A DNA stretch of 64,000 bases from Nitrospirota bacterium (GTDB lineage Bacteria > Nitrospirota > Thermodesulfovibrionia > Thermodesulfovibrionales > Dissulfurispiraceae), in NCBI GenBank assembly GCA_963710375.1, contig CAVPZX010000002.1, positions 352,001-416,000 of the forward strand. Direction: 5' to 3'. A program made the position numbers and the translations under genes. The notes beneath the pieces are model-generated. The model saw only the letters and a program-made list of their open reading frames with translations, was not told the DNA's origin and did not search any database. Positions 39,597 through 48,570 of the stretch are shown here, one piece after another (position 1 is the stretch's first letter; every line of letters starts with the position of its first letter).

Positions 39597-40119
39597 CTTT
39601 GCTGTAGCCGCCTATTCTGCAAACTCGTTAATAAAGTACTAACCTATTGTTTTTCAGTAAAAATAGAATACCTCTAAGGTGACAATTCCCCTACGCTGAT
39701 TTTTTGAGGTACTTTTGGCATGTCGCTTGAAGAGTGGATTGATCCAAGGTTTATATAAAACCTTATGAAAATCAATCAACAAAACTTTATAGAAATTGTA
39801 ATTAGATTTGACGGTTAAGGTTGTTTCTAAAAATAATGTAATGATAAAGGCCATCCCTGTAAATAGAAAAAATCCTTTAAAAACAAAACTAATTGAAATG
39901 TCGGCCAATTCTATTTAAAAAAAGTGAATCCCCCCCATTTGTCATAAAATGATGGACCAAACGTTAAGAAAACTCGGAAAAACAAGAATATCCATTTTAA
40001 AAAAACCATAAAAAACAAAAAACTCTTCGTTCAAATAAGAAGCACGCTAAACTCAGCACAGTAACATGATATGATTACGTTAATTTCTATTTGTCTTTCA
40101 TGTTGTTACCCGTTTCTCA

Positions 40120-40182
40120 ATCACTCTTTCGTCACCTCTTCAGTCACTCGCTACTTTACGCTTTAGTCACTATGTCAGTCAC
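40120..40182. repeat. Phased RTCAC repeats (11-12 bp period), candidate parC-like site
   Basis: ATCAC at 40120; GTCAC at 40131, 40143, 40166, 40178. Confidence 0.45.
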
Positions 40183-40462
40183 CCGAACGCAATGAACTAT
40201 CAGTCCGCCTCCTGCCTTCCTTATGACCTACCACCCTGTAACGCTGAATGCACGACACTTGACGCTTTTAATGATGCTATCAACACGAAAGCTATAAGCT
40301 AACAAACAAGGCATCATGCCTCTTACTGAAAGCATATTGATAGCGAAAGTAATATCTCATAGCGTTCCATATTGAGCGCACAGCGTTATTGCTCAACAAT
40401 CCATGAAACATTAAGCATTTGCAACAGACCTATCATTTATTTCATATGGGAGGGAGAGTATT

Positions 40463-41446
40463 ATGAAGATGGGAATTGATGTAGGATATGGTTATACCAA
40501 GGTTGTTACAGCGCATTATTCTATTATTTTCCCATCACGTGTGGGACCTGCAAAGGAATTGTCGTTCTCTTTAAAAGAAGGCGTGGATGCCATCGGAGAA
40601 ACTGTCGAATACGATGGCGAACGATATTTTATTGGAGAGAAGGCAAGGCATAGTGATGTTACTTATTCCTTGATGACAAGGGGCTGGGTCGAAAGTAAAA
40701 TGTACGGAGCGTTGCTAACATCGGCCATTGCCAGAGCAATGAACAGCAGCTATGCGGTATCTGACTCTGATGCAGTAATAGTTGTCACCGGCCTTCCCGT
40801 CAACTACATGAGAGATAAAACAAAAGCAGAAGAGAGTGTTAGAAAGACGTGTGACGGGATAGGTCTCCACGTAGCAGGCATCAACGTAATTCCCCAGCCT
40901 TTCGGCTCTTTTTTTGACATGTTTTACGATAATAACGGTGAGATTGCCGGCAGCGCCCCTTTATTCAAAAGGCTTGGGATTGTAGATATAGGTTATCACA
41001 CCACGGATTACATACTTATAGAGGATGCAAAACACAATATCGAGAAAGCGTCCGGAAGTGTCCCCTCAGGATCACATGAAATCTATGACATTGTGGCCCG
41101 TGAATTAAAGAACATGTTCGACAGGGATACGGTTACCGCTGAGGAGGCCGAGCACTGTATTAAAACAAAATATTTTAAAGTCTCCGGCAAAACCAAAGAC
41201 GTGAGCTATCTTGTTGATCGCGTGCTCTCACAAGTCGGGCAAAAGATAACGGGTATTATTAAATCAAAATGGAGCATCGTGGGAGAAGTTGACGTCGTCC
41301 TGCTAACCGGCGGCGGGGGAGCACTTATCCAGCAGCATATCTCCTCAATAGCGCATACTCACTTCCTGATTAGCAACCCCCAGATGGCAAATGCGAGGGG
41401 ATACTACAAAAGAAGCGTGCTCCTGGAACGAAAAATGAAGGGATGA
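40463..41446 (+). CDS. ParM/StbA family actin-like protein
   Basis: GIDVGYGYTK phosphate-1, VTGLP, PQP.G, VDIGYHTTD phosphate-2, LTGGG, ANARGY. Confidence 0.9.
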   Translation: MKMGIDVGYGYTKVVTAHYSIIFPSRVGPAKELSFSLKEGVDAIGETVEYDGERYFIGEKARHSDVTYSLMTRGWVESKMYGALLTSAIARAMNSSYAVSDSDAVIVVTGLPVNYMRDKTKAEESVRKTCDGIGLHVAGINVIPQPFGSFFDMFYDNNGEIAGSAPLFKRLGIVDIGYHTTDYILIEDAKHNIEKASGSVPSGSHEIYDIVARELKNMFDRDTVTAEEAEHCIKTKYFKVSGKTKDVSYLVDRVLSQVGQKITGIIKSKWSIVGEVDVVLLTGGGGALIQQHISSIAHTHFLISNPQMANARGYYKRSVLLERKMKG

Positions 41447-41449
41447 CGG

Positions 41450-41782
41450 ATGGAGAAGACTGAAGTATGTTTCATACGGTTATATCCCGATAATCCGGAG
41501 GATGCTATTATTATTACAGGTCTCGGCAAAAGAAAAAGAAAGGGAGAAAAATCGAGGGTTATAAAAGATATACTTTACGCCTATTTCAGTAGCGAGAAGA
41601 GCGTAAGCCCGGGAGTGAAATCCATAAAAAAATCTGACCCGCGAGATTATGCGGCTGCCACATCACATAAAACGATTATAGAGCCATCGCCTATGCTCCA
41701 TGCAGAGATCCCGGCACTGTCGGAAAATGACAAAGAAGCTCTAAAAAGGAACCTGGACGAACTCTCGGATATGTTTATGTAA
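41450..41782 (+). CDS. Putative ParR-like adaptor
   Basis: Small gene right after parM; beta strand + helices (FIRL..ED..II..L..KSRVIKDILY), flexible linker, acidic C-terminal helix. Confidence 0.6.
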   Translation: MEKTEVCFIRLYPDNPEDAIIITGLGKRKRKGEKSRVIKDILYAYFSSEKSVSPGVKSIKKSDPRDYAAATSHKTIIEPSPMLHAEIPALSENDKEALKRNLDELSDMFM

Positions 41783-41819
41783 AGAATCTCAACGCGACGA
41801 AGTCTGTTATAATTAAAAC

Positions 41820-42080
41820 ATGAAGGTGAAGATCAAGCTTTTTGCATCCCTTAGGCAATTCGGTCCGGATGAGCAGGAAGTTGAGCTGCCGGACAATGCT
41901 ACGATCGAGGACGCTATAAACATGATAAAGATAAACCTGCCGGGAACATTTCCATTGTTGAAGATAGTAAACGGTGAACACAGACCTGTAAAATACCCTT
42001 TGAAAGATGGAGATGAACTGGCCCTATTTCCCCCAATTGCCGGCGGATTATCAGGCCTTCCTGTCCGGTGCAGATACTGA
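41820..42080 (+). CDS. MoaD/ThiS sulfur carrier with a 10-aa extension after the GG
   Basis: MKVKIKLFA.LR ... LKDGDELALFPPIAGG followed by LSGLPVRCRY. Confidence 0.88.
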   Translation: MKVKIKLFASLRQFGPDEQEVELPDNATIEDAINMIKINLPGTFPLLKIVNGEHRPVKYPLKDGDELALFPPIAGGLSGLPVRCRY

Positions 42081-42692
42081 AAGAAATAACCGGTCATGGC
42101 AGGATAACCTCGCATTGCCGGCAAGCGTTTCGGTAGCGACTGCATTACCGTCAAGGAGTGCGCAAATGCATCTCTGCCAAAAATCCTGAGACTGTTCTCC
42201 CAGGAATGTCATCAATGAGGAAGATCTAACGTAGACGCCCCTCTTCAGAAGGCCGGGTCCCAGCTCGTCCATCATGAGATTAAATAGTTTTATTTGAATA
42301 AAGCCTTCGCCTGAGGCACAGTGAGCACTGTCTTCATGGTAGGTAATTGTATTTCGGAAAGAAGACAATAGCCCTCCTCTCCTTAGTGTAGCGCCGACCA
42401 ATCCGGGCATGGCAGCAGAGAGCGCCAGGACTGATCCGTCCTTGATCGTCGCTGCGTTCAGATCATCGACAGGACTTCCATCTAGAAAAATTGACTGAAT
42501 TTTATCAATGGTACCCTGGCCCGCACCGATCTCTTCGCGGAGAAAGACCAGTATGCTGCATCCTATACGGGTCCTGAGCATAACCCCCTGCTGCAAAAGG
42601 AAGAAAAATCGCGGGACCAGGCTGTTGTCAATGACCAAGTCGAGCCGGGGGAGTGTGTCGGCGTTAGTATCTGGTTTGTCTGAACAGTTCAT
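42051..42692 (-). CDS. Hypothetical protein with an internal ubiquitin-like/ThiS-like segment
   Basis: IFLDG.PVDD...ATIKDGSVLALSAAMPG; AGGAG RBS; between aor and moaD. Confidence 0.7.
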   Translation of the reverse strand: MNCSDKPDTNADTLPRLDLVIDNSLVPRFFFLLQQGVMLRTRIGCSILVFLREEIGAGQGTIDKIQSIFLDGSPVDDLNAATIKDGSVLALSAAMPGLVGATLRRGGLLSSFRNTITYHEDSAHCASGEGFIQIKLFNLMMDELGPGLLKRGVYVRSSSLMTFLGEQSQDFWQRCICALLDGNAVATETLAGNARLSCHDRLFLSVSAPDRKA

Positions 42693-42730
42693 TTAATATC
42701 ACTCCTGTCCCAAGTATAATTGCTGGCGTA

Positions 42731-42767
42731 CATAAAAAAGGAGAGACGAAAGTCTCTCCTTTTTATG
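42731..42767. terminator. Bidirectional terminator after the AOR gene
   Basis: AAAAAAGGAGAGAC-GAAA-GTCTCTCCTTTTT. Confidence 0.85.
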
Positions 42768-42785
42768 TCTAATCGCCGATTCCGG

Positions 42786-44522
42786 CTACCAATTAAAGAC
42801 CTTGTCAAGGTCTTCATCTTTGACTTCGAATGTGACGTTATGGGGAGCAACCGGCTCTGTCTTGAAGAAGCGCGGCAGACGGTCTTGCTGGGCGGTAAAG
42901 CCGGCCCTTGCATTGAAATCACGCTCCATGGAGAGCACCTTTTTCCCGAGTTCAGTCACGCCATCACCTGTCAAATTTAGCCCGTAGAAGGCATTCAGCA
43001 TGTCGAGCAGTGCCTGGAACGTTTCAGGCTGATCGAGCACAGCAAAGGCTATAAATAGGCACATGCCGGTCGAATCGATGGCGGCAGTGGCAATCTGGAG
43101 ATTCCTGGATAGTTCTACCTGGCCTTCGGGCTTAAGCGGATTGACATCACCTCCGACCTTGAGCACATTCGCGGTCACCGCATACCCGGCTGTGTGGTCG
43201 GCCCCCATTGGGGTAGTGGCATAGGTTACGCCTATCCCCTGCACTGCACGGGGATCATACGCCGGCATAGCCTGCCCCTTTACCACAGGGACACGTTCGA
43301 CGCCAAATGCTTTGCCGGTAAAAGCGGCCCCGTTCCCGAGGATGCGGCCGAGATGGGTGCCCTTGCCCACTTCATGCACCAGATTTATAGCTGCTTCAGC
43401 ATCTCCGAATTTTGCCAGTCCTGCTTCCATGGCAACACCGATGGCAACCCCCATTTCTATTGTGTCCAGGCCGTAATTGTCATCAAGAAAATCAAGCATG
43501 GCTATCGCATCGAGGTCGCATATGCCGCAGTTGCCTCCGTGTGCCCAGACAGTTTCATATTCCGGCTGTTTAGTGAGATAGTGGCCATCCTTGTCATGGT
43601 ATGTGCCGGAGCACTGTATCACGCATCCCCGGTGACAGCCGTGTGTAGCTACGCCTCCGCGCTTTACCTCCAGTTCGGCCTGGGTCTCGCCGCTGATTTT
43701 TGCTGCATTATCGAAGTGACCCTGTTTAAAGTTATAGGTTGGATACCCTCCTACTTCGTTGAGGATATTGGTCAACACATTCGTGCCGTAGGCCGGAAGG
43801 CCCTGGCCGGTGACCGGGTGTTTCCTGAGCCCTTCGACGAATCTCTTATTGGCCTCTTTGTATTTCTCCGGGTCTTTAGGGGTGCGCATCTTCATGCCGG
43901 CATCATCGATGACAATAACTTTAACACCCTTGGAGCCCATCACAGCGCCGACGCCTCCCCGGCCGGCGTGACGGGTCGGCCGCAATTCCATATCAGTAAA
44001 GGCTATCGAAGCGGCGCTCATCTTCATCTCACCGGCAGGCCCAATCGAAATACAGGCTATCTTATCTCCGTATTGAGCCTTCATTTTTTCGACGAGATCG
44101 TAATTGGGAAGCATCTTAAGGCTGTTGTCAGTTGCTATTTTCACTCCATCTTTGTTTATAAAAACCTTATAAAGGTTATTCTCTTTCGGTTTTCCCTCAA
44201 GTACGATCGCGCTGTATCCAAGTCGAGCGAGCATCTGAGATGGCTGTCCCCCTGCGTTTGCCTCTTTAATACCTCCCGTGAGCGGGCTCTTGCAGCCAAC
44301 CGAGATCCGCCCTGACATGGCGCCTGTGGTACCGCTCAACATGCCTGGGGCTATGACAAGCTTATTCTCGGCGCCCAGAGGATGGCATAAGGGTGGGACT
44401 TCCTGTGAGACTATCGCTGAGGTTAATGCCCGGCCTGCAAACCCTGAATATTGCGCAATAGGGACTTCACTTGCCTTGGGGCCACCGTCGGCTCCCATAT
44501 CGATTCTCAGTATCTTATCCAT
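42786..44522 (-). CDS. aor: Aldehyde:ferredoxin oxidoreductase (tungsten AOR family)
   Basis: KSPLTGGIKEANAGG, GRGG.GAVMGSK, C..GC...C, EYET, D..GLDTI, YDPR, GADHTAG. Confidence 0.93.
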   Translation of the reverse strand: MDKILRIDMGADGGPKASEVPIAQYSGFAGRALTSAIVSQEVPPLCHPLGAENKLVIAPGMLSGTTGAMSGRISVGCKSPLTGGIKEANAGGQPSQMLARLGYSAIVLEGKPKENNLYKVFINKDGVKIATDNSLKMLPNYDLVEKMKAQYGDKIACISIGPAGEMKMSAASIAFTDMELRPTRHAGRGGVGAVMGSKGVKVIVIDDAGMKMRTPKDPEKYKEANKRFVEGLRKHPVTGQGLPAYGTNVLTNILNEVGGYPTYNFKQGHFDNAAKISGETQAELEVKRGGVATHGCHRGCVIQCSGTYHDKDGHYLTKQPEYETVWAHGGNCGICDLDAIAMLDFLDDNYGLDTIEMGVAIGVAMEAGLAKFGDAEAAINLVHEVGKGTHLGRILGNGAAFTGKAFGVERVPVVKGQAMPAYDPRAVQGIGVTYATTPMGADHTAGYAVTANVLKVGGDVNPLKPEGQVELSRNLQIATAAIDSTGMCLFIAFAVLDQPETFQALLDMLNAFYGLNLTGDGVTELGKKVLSMERDFNARAGFTAQQDRLPRFFKTEPVAPHNVTFEVKDEDLDKVFNW

Positions 44523-44805
44523 GCTTTCCTCCCACTCTTCAAAAGATTGTTTAAATGATAGCCATCACAGACCAGAATTTGTACATTATCCGAGTTATTA
44601 TCCCGGTAATGACGGTTAATACCCCTTTCACTTAATATATAGGATAATACGACTAGTTTGTCAACGAGCAAGGGGTACGTTTGTCAAAACAAAGTTAAAC
44701 TTCCGGTTTATATCGTTACCAGAGTAATTGTTAAGTGTCCCTCACCTTCATAAAGTGAAGGCGCTCATCCACGCACGCCCTCATAATAAAAAGTCCCTAC
44801 GCTCT

Positions 44806-45399
44806 CTATACCTTCACATTCGCTGATATCGCCGAGTATGGCTGTGCACGGCGGGCCCATTCGCTCCCAGGGTATTTCTCCTGCAGGGTATCAAACGCCC
44901 TTCGCAAGCCCGATCCATCATGATACCTCTTATACTCAGCTACGCCCAGATAAAAGATGGCCTCAGGCGTTACCCCTGCATGAGGATGCAGGTCAATGAT
45001 GGAATTTAAGGACTGTATAGCATTGTTGAAGTGGTTTCCATCGAAAAAGACCTTTGCCATCCCAAGTTCGAGATGAGCGAGCAGGTCATCGACAGGCACA
45101 TACCCCACAATCCGGTGGTGCTCCCTTCCCCCCTTGTCCTGAATTAAAAGAGTCGGGGTCCATGTAATATTAAACTGCTCCATCAATTCGACCGGCTTGT
45201 CAAAAAAACACTGGGTTTTAAGCGAAATAAAGTTATCTTCAAGGAACTTCTGCACTTGCTGATCTGAATACGGACCCGTATTCATGGATGCACAGCCAAT
45301 TCAACCCTCAAACCAGAAGTCATGATAAATCGGCTTCCCTTCCTTCTTTGCCTTTTTTATCGCCTCGTTGAAGTCTCTTTCCCATCTTATCTCTCCCAT
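44806..45399 (-). CDS. Thioredoxin-fold + TPR selenoprotein (UxxC, UGA at codon 33), 197 aa
   Basis: GGAGG RBS, MGEIRWERDFNEAIKKAKKEGKPIYHDFWFEG-U-IGC-ASMNTGPY in frame with the tracked 159-aa ORF; WTPT cis-Pro loop; C-terminal TPR. Confidence 0.88.
45265..45284 (-). promoter_or_regulatory. SECIS-like hairpin
   Basis: Perfect UGAAUACG-GGUC-CGUAUUCA stem-loop; apical loop starts 24 nt after the UGA, with G first. Confidence 0.75.
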
Positions 45400-45700
45400 G
45401 ATGACACCTCCCTTTACAGTAATCATTCACTCTATATTCAATCCATATCATTAATCGGAGCGGATGTCAAATTTTTGCTAATCCTGTGCCTACGCGCACC
45501 AGTTTGCCGGAGATTATTCTTGCCGCATTGCTGTCAAAAGTGTCTATTCTGCCCTCAAATGCAGCCTCAGCCAAAACTGCAGTCGTCCTCTGGAATGATG
45601 CAGAAGCAAGAAAACTTTTTGAAAATAACGGTATCTGACTAATCCCAAGCAGGGGTGATGTAACAGTCGTTTTTTATTCTGCTATGTTAATCTCCTCAGT

Positions 45701-46000
45701 TCACCTTGCAATCCCTGATATCTTACCTATAAGTTCCACGCTTTTGAGGTTCATAAGGCAGGTCACTGCTAACAGAACAATAAAAAATATCGTAACTTTC
45801 TTATCAAGCTTTGACATCGACTCTTTTAAATCAAAAATGTCTTCCCTGATCTCTTGTTTAACATCCAGAAGATCCTCCTTTTTGGTAAGTCCTTCCTTTG
45901 GGATATTTTCAAGATAGCTGACTATCTCTTCAGATTCCTCTTCAGAGAACTTATGTTTAAGTATATTGTATATCTTTATACTCGCAGTAGACATTTGCAT
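45701..46000 (-). CDS. Small coiled-coil protein with C-terminal TM (DUF1640-like)
   Basis: FSEEESE..V, LTKKEDL, coiled coil, hydrophobic tail. Confidence 0.65.
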   Translation of the reverse strand: MQMSTASIKIYNILKHKFSEEESEEIVSYLENIPKEGLTKKEDLLDVKQEIREDIFDLKESMSKLDKKVTIFFIVLLAVTCLMNLKSVELIGKISGIAR

Positions 46001-46093
46001 ATTCCGTTTCCTTTCTATAAATTGATTATAACGTTTTTAGTGCTTTTTAAAAAGTCCCTTATACAAACTTTTTCTGTTCCCTGGATGAATTTC

Positions 46094-46300
46094 TTAGGCA
46101 CTTGTCTTTTCCATTTGCAGAAAAGATACTTCTGAAATGCCTGCTTTTTCTTTCGCATGTTCAATGGTCATGCTTACAAGATTGCCCTTTTCATCCAAGT
46201 CTATGTAAAGGCTTTCTGATATTTCTTTTGTCTCAACAACGGCAACATTTGAAAACTCAATCAACGCTGTATCTGTATCCGAGAAATAACGAATTTTCAT
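46094..46300 (-). CDS. DUF2283 family protein (putative antitoxin)
   Basis: MKIRYFSDTDTALIEF...IDLDEKGNLVSMTIEHA. Confidence 0.85.
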   Translation of the reverse strand: MKIRYFSDTDTALIEFSNVAVVETKEISESLYIDLDEKGNLVSMTIEHAKEKAGISEVSFLQMEKTSA

Positions 46301-46539
46301 TTTCCTTCCTCCTTAAAGTTTCTATCAAAGAAAGCATTATGAATGGTTTCTCCGTCGTCCAAGAGAATTACTCTCAGATATTTCCCAACTTCCCCTATAT
46401 AGCTCCATTTTCTTATCCTTCCATCAGATTGAAATTCCTGCTTGAGAGGATTTGTCATTGTTTCTAGTATCCATTCCTCTTTGATAACCGCTCTGTCCGG
46501 ACGGCTCTTCATAAACAGGAAGTATTGCGTACATTTCAT
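46297..46539 (-). CDS. Putative RelE-like/DUF4258-type toxin
   Basis: RPDR..I..EWI, Q.DGRIR.W, YLRVILL.DGETIHNAFFDR; ATGA overlap with the DUF2283 gene. Confidence 0.75.
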   Translation of the reverse strand: MKCTQYFLFMKSRPDRAVIKEEWILETMTNPLKQEFQSDGRIRKWSYIGEVGKYLRVILLDDGETIHNAFFDRNFKEEGK

Positions 46540-46947
46540 ATTATATTTTAACACGTTCCAGGTTTTGCATAATCCTCATTAGTGCATGCGGAGAAATTCC
46601 TCTATAGTTTTCTAACAGTATAAATAACGCTGTCGTATGTTACCCAGAAAACTGGTTATTGCTATTTTTACTGGGCACCTTTGGATCATGTCCCGGCTAT
46701 ATTTGTTGCGGGAAGTACGTGATGCCGGGCGCTGAGAACCAAAAGAATAAGCCGCTTTCCCGACCACGGCCAACACAAAAGTAATATGTATTTAGAGTGA
46801 CAGCTGCCCTGAACCATCATCGCATATTTTCCCGAAGAATGTCTTCCGTAAGATATTACATGTGGAATAAATCAATATGAAGGGGATATGGAATGGATTA
46901 AGCAGTTACTTGAATATGCCGTTTTCGCCAAGATAGCATGCTTGTCG

Positions 46948-47340
46948 CTAGATTTCCAGCAACTGCAAGCCCGCCTCTTTTTTAATCAACTCAAAGTGTC
47001 CGTCAATCGTTAAAAGCGATAGATTATTGGTTTTAACTACCGAAGCGATATAACAATCTGATAGGCCAACAGACTTCCCTTTTTTGCGAAGGTTAAACGA
47101 CAATTCGCCCGCTGCTTCCCATATTTTTTCAGACTCAGGCAAAAAGTCGAAAACATAGAGAAATTCTTTTATTATAGAGAGTTCTTTTTCAGACTTTGCA
47201 CCTTGCAAGAGTTCGGCAAAAATAATCCCTATGCACACTATACTTTCGCTATCGAGCAGCCCAGAGATTATATGATAATATGGGGTTTTCTTCCTGAAAA
47301 ATTCTATCCAGGCAGAAGTATCTACTAATATTTTATCCAA
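46948..47340 (-). CDS. vapC: PIN-domain toxin
   Basis: LVDTSAWI, ELLQG, LSDCYIA, LLT.D.HF. Confidence 0.92.
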   Translation of the reverse strand: MDKILVDTSAWIEFFRKKTPYYHIISGLLDSESIVCIGIIFAELLQGAKSEKELSIIKEFLYVFDFLPESEKIWEAAGELSFNLRKKGKSVGLSDCYIASVVKTNNLSLLTIDGHFELIKKEAGLQLLEI

Positions 47341-47542
47341 GTCTTCTGTCCCTATGCCTCAATTCTTTTGCTGTCATTGCAAATTCCATTTTGCCGGCTA
47401 TGGCCTTTATCTTTTCTATTTTTCTCGCTTTTATCTCATCTTTAATAGCTTTTACAACAGCTTCCGTCTTGCTTTTAGCCTTTACTTCATGCAGAAGCTC
47501 ATCGACAAGAGTGTTAGACAATGTTATGGTTATTCTTGACAT
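47333..47542 (-). CDS. vapB: VapB-type antitoxin (RHH, DUF2191-like)
   Basis: RITITL...LVDEL......SKTEAV..A; overlaps the vapC start; GGAGG RBS. Confidence 0.82.
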   Translation of the reverse strand: MSRITITLSNTLVDELLHEVKAKSKTEAVVKAIKDEIKARKIEKIKAIAGKMEFAMTAKELRHRDRRLG

Positions 47543-47610
47543 ATAAAACCTCCATAATAAATTTGCATAATAAAATATAACAAATTTATGCTGGAACATC
47601 AAGATATTTA

Positions 47611-48381
47611 TCACTCATGCTTGTAGTTAATCTCCACCAAATTTTTGTCCAGTGCATAGTATAAGTATCCGTTGCCTTGTGCTTCTTCCAGAATGGCTTT
47701 TTTCAGCAAGGTTTTTGCCATGCCACTGAACTCTCGGGCAACCCTGACAATAAGCTTGTCACCCGCTATTACGAACTTGATTCTGCCAAGATCAGGAGAA
47801 ATACCGGCGTCGCCTACGGATTCCAAAATAGAGACAAGGGCATTCACCTTCGGAGCAGGGGCAGTTATGTTTTCAGTGGCCGCCGCGTTGTTTTTCCGTG
47901 CCAGTTCGTTTTTTAACTTCTCTACCATATTGATGAGTTCTTTGTTGTACTTCTCGCGCCGGTCCGCAATAGCTTCGGCTTCCTTTTTCTCCTGCTCTAA
48001 TTGCGCCAAATGTTTCTGAAGCTCGCCCTCCTCTTTACGTAAAACCTCAACTTCTTTGATCTCCAGGTCATTACTTTTAATAGCTCGCTTCTCTGCAGTA
48101 TCGCATATGACTTTTCCGGCAGTTACCAGACAGCCGTCTATTTCACTTCCTACATCTACTAATGACGTATCCCCCCTCCCGTTGACAACAACTACTTTGT
48201 TGCCTATGCTGCCCTGGATCTCCCATTTGGTCTGTCCAGCCTTTTCGGCAGACATATTGGAAATCTGTTGTGAAGGGGAAGCATCTTGTGCGTTTGCAGA
48301 CACTGCGAATGCTATTAATAATGCAGGCAGAATATTTTTTGTCATTATTTCTTTAAGTGTTGATAAAAGCCTGTTTCTCAT
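47611..48381 (-). CDS. Secreted hypothetical protein with coiled coil
   Basis: Signal peptide ending SANA-Q, beta-rich domain with two Cys, coiled coil. Confidence 0.65.
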   Translation of the reverse strand: MRNRLLSTLKEIMTKNILPALLIAFAVSANAQDASPSQQISNMSAEKAGQTKWEIQGSIGNKVVVVNGRGDTSLVDVGSEIDGCLVTAGKVICDTAEKRAIKSNDLEIKEVEVLRKEEGELQKHLAQLEQEKKEAEAIADRREKYNKELINMVEKLKNELARKNNAAATENITAPAPKVNALVSILESVGDAGISPDLGRIKFVIAGDKLIVRVAREFSGMAKTLLKKAILEEAQGNGYLYYALDKNLVEINYKHE

Positions 48382-48535
48382 AATTTATACACTCTTTTTT
48401 TATGCGGCTGCCTGCGACACCAAACCTTGTTCTTCCAATTTTTTTTCATATTCCCTCATAGAACACAAATCTCCCGTCCCTTTGGTGTTTACCCACGGCA
48501 TATTGCGGCCCTCCTTTATCTAAAAACCAATATTC

Positions 48536-48565
48536 CTTGGGAGCATCGACCGGAAATTTAGATAT
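48536..48565 (-). pseudogene. Possible hicA-like toxin 5' remnant
   Basis: ATA-SKFPVDAPK directly after hicB; resembles (from memory) the N-terminus MxKFPVDAPK of a HicA-like family. Confidence 0.45.
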
Positions 48566-48570
48566 TCCGC

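Noticed and set aside
39654..39908. 84-aa hydrophobic ORF in the AT-rich intergenic region
   Set aside because: No clear RBS or family; low-complexity AT-rich sequence more consistent with a promoter region.
43194..44315. 373-aa plus-strand ORF
   Set aside because: Antisense shadow of the well-supported aor gene; no recognisable motifs.
45412..45430. Possible PerR/Fur-like box AGTAATCATTCACT upstream of the thioredoxin selenoprotein
   Set aside because: Imperfect palindrome and no clear matching box before the oxidative-stress cluster; needs a PWM scan.
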